From: a virus
Taxonomy: Duplodnaviria; Heunggongvirae; Uroviricota; Caudoviricetes
Direction: 5' to 3' (one strand)
DNA: 10,389 nucleotides
Virus record (IMG/VR): IMGVR_UViG_2711768019_000005
Shown here: positions 7,241 through 10,389 of the stretch, piece by piece
Layout of the letters: the number at the start of each line of letters is the position of its first letter
How positions within the stretch are numbered: position 1 is the first letter of the stretch
Notes under the pieces: generated by a model
What the model was told of the DNA's origin: nothing
Databases searched by the model: none
Seen by the model: the letters and a program-made list of their open reading frames with translations, nothing else
Made by a program: the position numbers and the translations under genes

Positions 7241-8970
7241 GCCGGAAATCTTACCCCAACGTAAATGCTGCAAATCAGTATGCCCGGGATGTCGTGCGCG
7301 GAAAGATTGTTGCCTGCCAGTTTGTGATTCAGGCCTGCCAGCGCCATCTTGATGACCTGATGGCGGAAAAAAGTAAGTCGTTTCGTTACCGCTTCGACAA
7401 GGACCTGGCTGAACGGGCCGCGAAATTTATTCAGCTGTTGCCGCACACCAAGGGGGAGTGGGCATTCAAACGGATGCCCATCACGCTGGAGCCGTGGCAG
7501 CTATTTGTGATCTGCTGTGCGTTTGGCTGGGTCAATAAAGGCACCCGGTTGCGCCGCTTCCGGGAGGTGTACACCGAAATCCCCCGTAAGAACGGCAAAT
7601 CAGCAATCTCTGCCGGTGTTGCCCTGTATTGTTTTGCCTGTGATAACGAGTTTGGCGCGGAAGTGTATTCCGGTGCCACGACAGAGAAACAGGCGTGGGA
7701 AGTCTTTCGCCCGGCGCGACTGATGTGTAAACGCACACCCATGCTGACGGAAGCGTTCGGGATTGAGGTTAACGCCTCAAACATGAACCGTCCGGAGGAT
7801 GGCGCGCGGTTTGAACCGCTGATCGGCAACCCAGGTGATGGTTCATCACCCCACTGTGCCGTGGTTGATGAATATCACGAGCATGCCACCGATGCGCTTT
7901 ATACCACAATGCTTACCGGGATGGGGGCGCGACGTCAGCCACTGATGTGGGCCATCACCACCGCCGGGTACAACATTGAGGGGCCGTGCTACGACAAGCG
8001 GCGGGAAGTCATCGAGATGCTCAACGGCTCGGTGCCTAACGATGAACTGTTCGGGATCATCTATACCGTTGATGAAGGTGACGACTGGACCGGCCCGCAG
8101 GTGCTGGAAAAAGCCAATCCAAATATTGGCGTGTCGGTTTATCGCGAATTTTTGTTAAGTCAGCAGCAGCGTGCGAAAAATAACGCCCGTCTGGCAAACG
8201 TCTTTAAAACAAAACACCTCAATATCTGGGTGTCGGCGCGTTCGGCGTATTTCAACTTGGTGAGCTGGCAGAGCTGCGAGGATAAATCACTGACCCTTGA
8301 GCAGTTCGAGGGGCAGCCGTGCATTCTGGCCTTTGACCTGGCGCGTAAGCTGGATATGAACAGCATGGCGCGACTTTATACCCGCGAGATTGACGGTAAA
8401 ACGCATTACTACAGTGTGGCCCCGCGTTTCTGGGTACCGTATGACACGGTGTACAGCGTCGAGAAAAATGAAGATCGACGGACAGCCGAACGCTTTCAGA
8501 AATGGGTGGAAATGGGCGTTCTGACCGTTACCGATGGTGCGGAGGTGGATTATCGCTACATCCTCGAGGAGGCCAAAGCGGCGAACAAAATCAGCCCGGT
8601 CAGTGAGTCACCCATCGACCCCTTCGGGGCGACCGGGTTGTCACATGACCTTGCTGATGAAGACCTGAATCCCGTCACTATCGTCCAGAACTTCACCAAT
8701 ATGTCCGATCCGATGAAAGAGCTGGAAGCAGCGATTGAATCGGGACGTTTTCATCATGACGGCAATCCCATCATGACCTGGTGTATCGGCAACGTGGTCG
8801 GCAAAAACATGCCGGGTAACGATGATGTGGTGAAACCCGTCAAAGAGCAGGCGGAAAACAAAATCGATGGTGCAGTTGCGCTGATTATGGCGGTTGGCAG
8901 AGCCATGCTGTACGAGAAAGAAGACACGCTGTCTGACCACATTGAGTCCTACGGGATCCGCTCGCTTTAA
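7237..8970 (+). CDS. terminase large subunit
   Basis: 577 aa. ATPase Walker A-like GxxxxGKS (IPRKNGKS), Walker B-like AVVDEYHE, and a C-terminal nuclease region. ATG 7237 overlaps the small-terminase stop (ATGA). Confidence 0.9.
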   Translation: MSRKSYPNVNAANQYARDVVRGKIVACQFVIQACQRHLDDLMAEKSKSFRYRFDKDLAERAAKFIQLLPHTKGEWAFKRMPITLEPWQLFVICCAFGWVNKGTRLRRFREVYTEIPRKNGKSAISAGVALYCFACDNEFGAEVYSGATTEKQAWEVFRPARLMCKRTPMLTEAFGIEVNASNMNRPEDGARFEPLIGNPGDGSSPHCAVVDEYHEHATDALYTTMLTGMGARRQPLMWAITTAGYNIEGPCYDKRREVIEMLNGSVPNDELFGIIYTVDEGDDWTGPQVLEKANPNIGVSVYREFLLSQQQRAKNNARLANVFKTKHLNIWVSARSAYFNLVSWQSCEDKSLTLEQFEGQPCILAFDLARKLDMNSMARLYTREIDGKTHYYSVAPRFWVPYDTVYSVEKNEDRRTAERFQKWVEMGVLTVTDGAEVDYRYILEEAKAANKISPVSESPIDPFGATGLSHDLADEDLNPVTIVQNFTNMSDPMKELEAAIESGRFHHDGNPIMTWCIGNVVGKNMPGNDDVVKPVKEQAENKIDGAVALIMAVGRAMLYEKEDTLSDHIESYGIRSL

Positions 8971-8981
8971 CTGAGGTAATT

Positions 8982-9164
8982 ATGATCATGCTGATTCTCG
9001 CGCCTCTGGTGGGCGTGCTGGGTGCGCTTTTGCTGGCGTATGGTGCCTGGCTGATTTATCCCCCGGCGGGTTTTGTTGTTGCCGGGGCGCTGTGCCTGTT
9101 CTGGTCGTGGCTGGTGGCGCGATATCTCGACCGTACACGGCAGTCTGTCGGCGGAGGTAAATAG
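8982..9164 (+). CDS. small hydrophobic membrane protein, hypothetical
   Basis: 60 aa with two predicted transmembrane stretches ([37 protein letters not shown]). Sits between terminase and portal; GAGGT at 8974-8978 precedes ATG 8982/8988. Overlaps the portal start. Confidence 0.5.
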   Translation: MIMLILAPLVGVLGALLLAYGAWLIYPPAGFVVAGALCLFWSWLVARYLDRTRQSVGGGK

Positions 9165-10320
9165 TGTTCTTTTCGGGATTATTTCAACGAAAAAGCGATG
9201 TGCCGGTGACCACGCCAGCAGAACTGCTGATGCTATCGGGCTGTCATACGACACCTATACCGGAAAGCGGATCAGTAGCCAGCGGGCCATGCGCCTGACG
9301 GCGGTCTATTCTTGCGTCAGGGTGCTGGCAGAGTCTGTTGGTATGCTGCCCTGCAGTCTCTACAAAATCAGCGGTACCCTGAAAACACGGGCGGTGGATG
9401 AACGACTGCATAAGTTGGTTTCGGCAAAACCTAATGGCTACATGACACCGCAGGAATTCTGGGAGCTGGTTATTGTCTGCCTGTGTCTACGGGGGAATTT
9501 TTACGCCTACAAGGTAAAGGCACTGGGAGAAGTGGTGGAGCTTCTTCCGATAGATCCGGGCTGTGTGGAACCGAAGCTGAACAGCCAGTGGCAGCCGGTT
9601 TATCAGGTGACGTTTCCGGATGGTTCCGTGGATGTGTTGACCCAGAATGAAATCTGGCATGTGCGCACCCTGACGCTGGATGGACTTGTCGGGCTGAATC
9701 CCATTGCGTATGCGCGTGAGGCCATTTCACTGGCAGCGGCAACCGAGGAGCACGGTGCCAGGTTGTTTAGTAATGGTGCGGTGACATCCGGTGTGTTGCG
9801 TACGGAACAAAAGCTCACGCCGGATGCTTACGAGCGTCTGAAGAAAGATTTTGAGGAGTGTCACACGGGGCTTGGCAATGCTCACCGCCCGATGATTCTG
9901 GAAATGGGGCTGGACTGGAAGTCGATGGCGCTGAACGCCGAGGACAGTCAGTTCCTGGAAACCCGCAAGTTTCAGCTGGAAGAAATCTGTCGTCTGTTCC
10001 GGGTGCCGTTGCACATGGTGCAGAACACCGATCGCGCCACCTTCAACAATATCGAAGAGCTGGGGCTGGGATTTATCAACTATTCACTGGTGCCGTATCT
10101 GACCCGCATCGAACAGCGGATCAACACCGGACTGGTACGAAAAAGTAAGCAGGGCGTTTATTACGCCAAATTTAACGCCGGGGCGTTACTGCGCGGGGAT
10201 ATGAAGTCCCGTTTTGAAGCCTACGCCACCGGGATCAACTGGGGAATTTACTCTTCCAATGACTGCCGCGACCTGGAAGATATGAATCCGCGTCCCGGTG
10301 GTGTAATGCCGATCAGTTAA
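9164..10320 (+). CDS. phage portal protein (HK97 family), apparently frameshifted near the 5' end
   Basis: Portal motifs in frame 1 (AMRLTAVYSCVRVLAESVGMLP…NPIAYAREAISLAAATEEHGARLF…). The only good start is GTG 9164 (GGAGG 6 nt upstream), in frame 2, giving [12 protein letters not shown]… which stops at 9296-9298. Frame 1 has no ATG before 9289, and the track start TTG 9073 overlaps the upstream ORF by 90 bp with no RBS. Confidence 0.8.
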
Positions 10321-10354
10321 GGATCAGTTGACCGATCCAGTGGCTGTGTAAGAA

Positions 10355-10387
10355 TCCGGAAACGCTCACTTGTTTCCGGATTTTTTT
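10355..10387 (+). terminator. rho-independent terminator immediately downstream of the portal ORF
   Basis: tccggaaac (10355-10363), 8-nt loop, gtttccgga (10372-10380), then TTTTTTT (10381-10387). Confidence 0.55.
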
Positions 10388-10389
10388 AT

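Noticed and set aside
6524-7446. Minus-strand ORFs 6524..6928 and 7006..7446
   Set aside because: Antisense to the well-supported HNH and terminase genes, with no RBS and no recognisable motifs. These are typical shadow ORFs of GC-rich coding sequence.
9073-9163. TTG-initiated upstream extension of the portal ORF
   Set aside because: It overlaps the upstream membrane-protein ORF by 90 bp in another frame and has no RBS. The real start signal is GGAGG-GTG at 9164 in a different frame, which is why I call a frameshift.

Overview
This window reads as a lambdoid (phage 21 / DLP12-like) prophage from an enterobacterial genome, all phage genes on the + strand, and apparently defective. Order: 3' end of an IS2 copy (1-65) cutting into an upstream replication gene; DnaB-family helicase; small nin-region ORF; RusA resolvase; Q antiterminator; late promoter PR' with a short-transcript terminator; an ORF6N-domain cargo gene; four tightly packed tRNA genes (Ile/Met-CAU, Arg-UCU, Thr-UGU, Gly-UCC); a 617-bp gene-poor orphan stretch; an internally truncated IS2 copy on the - strand (4724-5250) that has replaced almost all of the holin gene; SAR endolysin; Rz with embedded Rz1; HNH endonuclease; P27-family small terminase; large terminase; small membrane ORF; HK97-family portal with an apparent 5' frameshift; and an intrinsic terminator at the window edge. 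All product calls rest on reading the supplied translations for motifs and on remembered family sequences; no database search was run. Note that the ORF track uses GTG/TTG starts, so several starts were re-set to an internal ATG with a ribosome-binding site.
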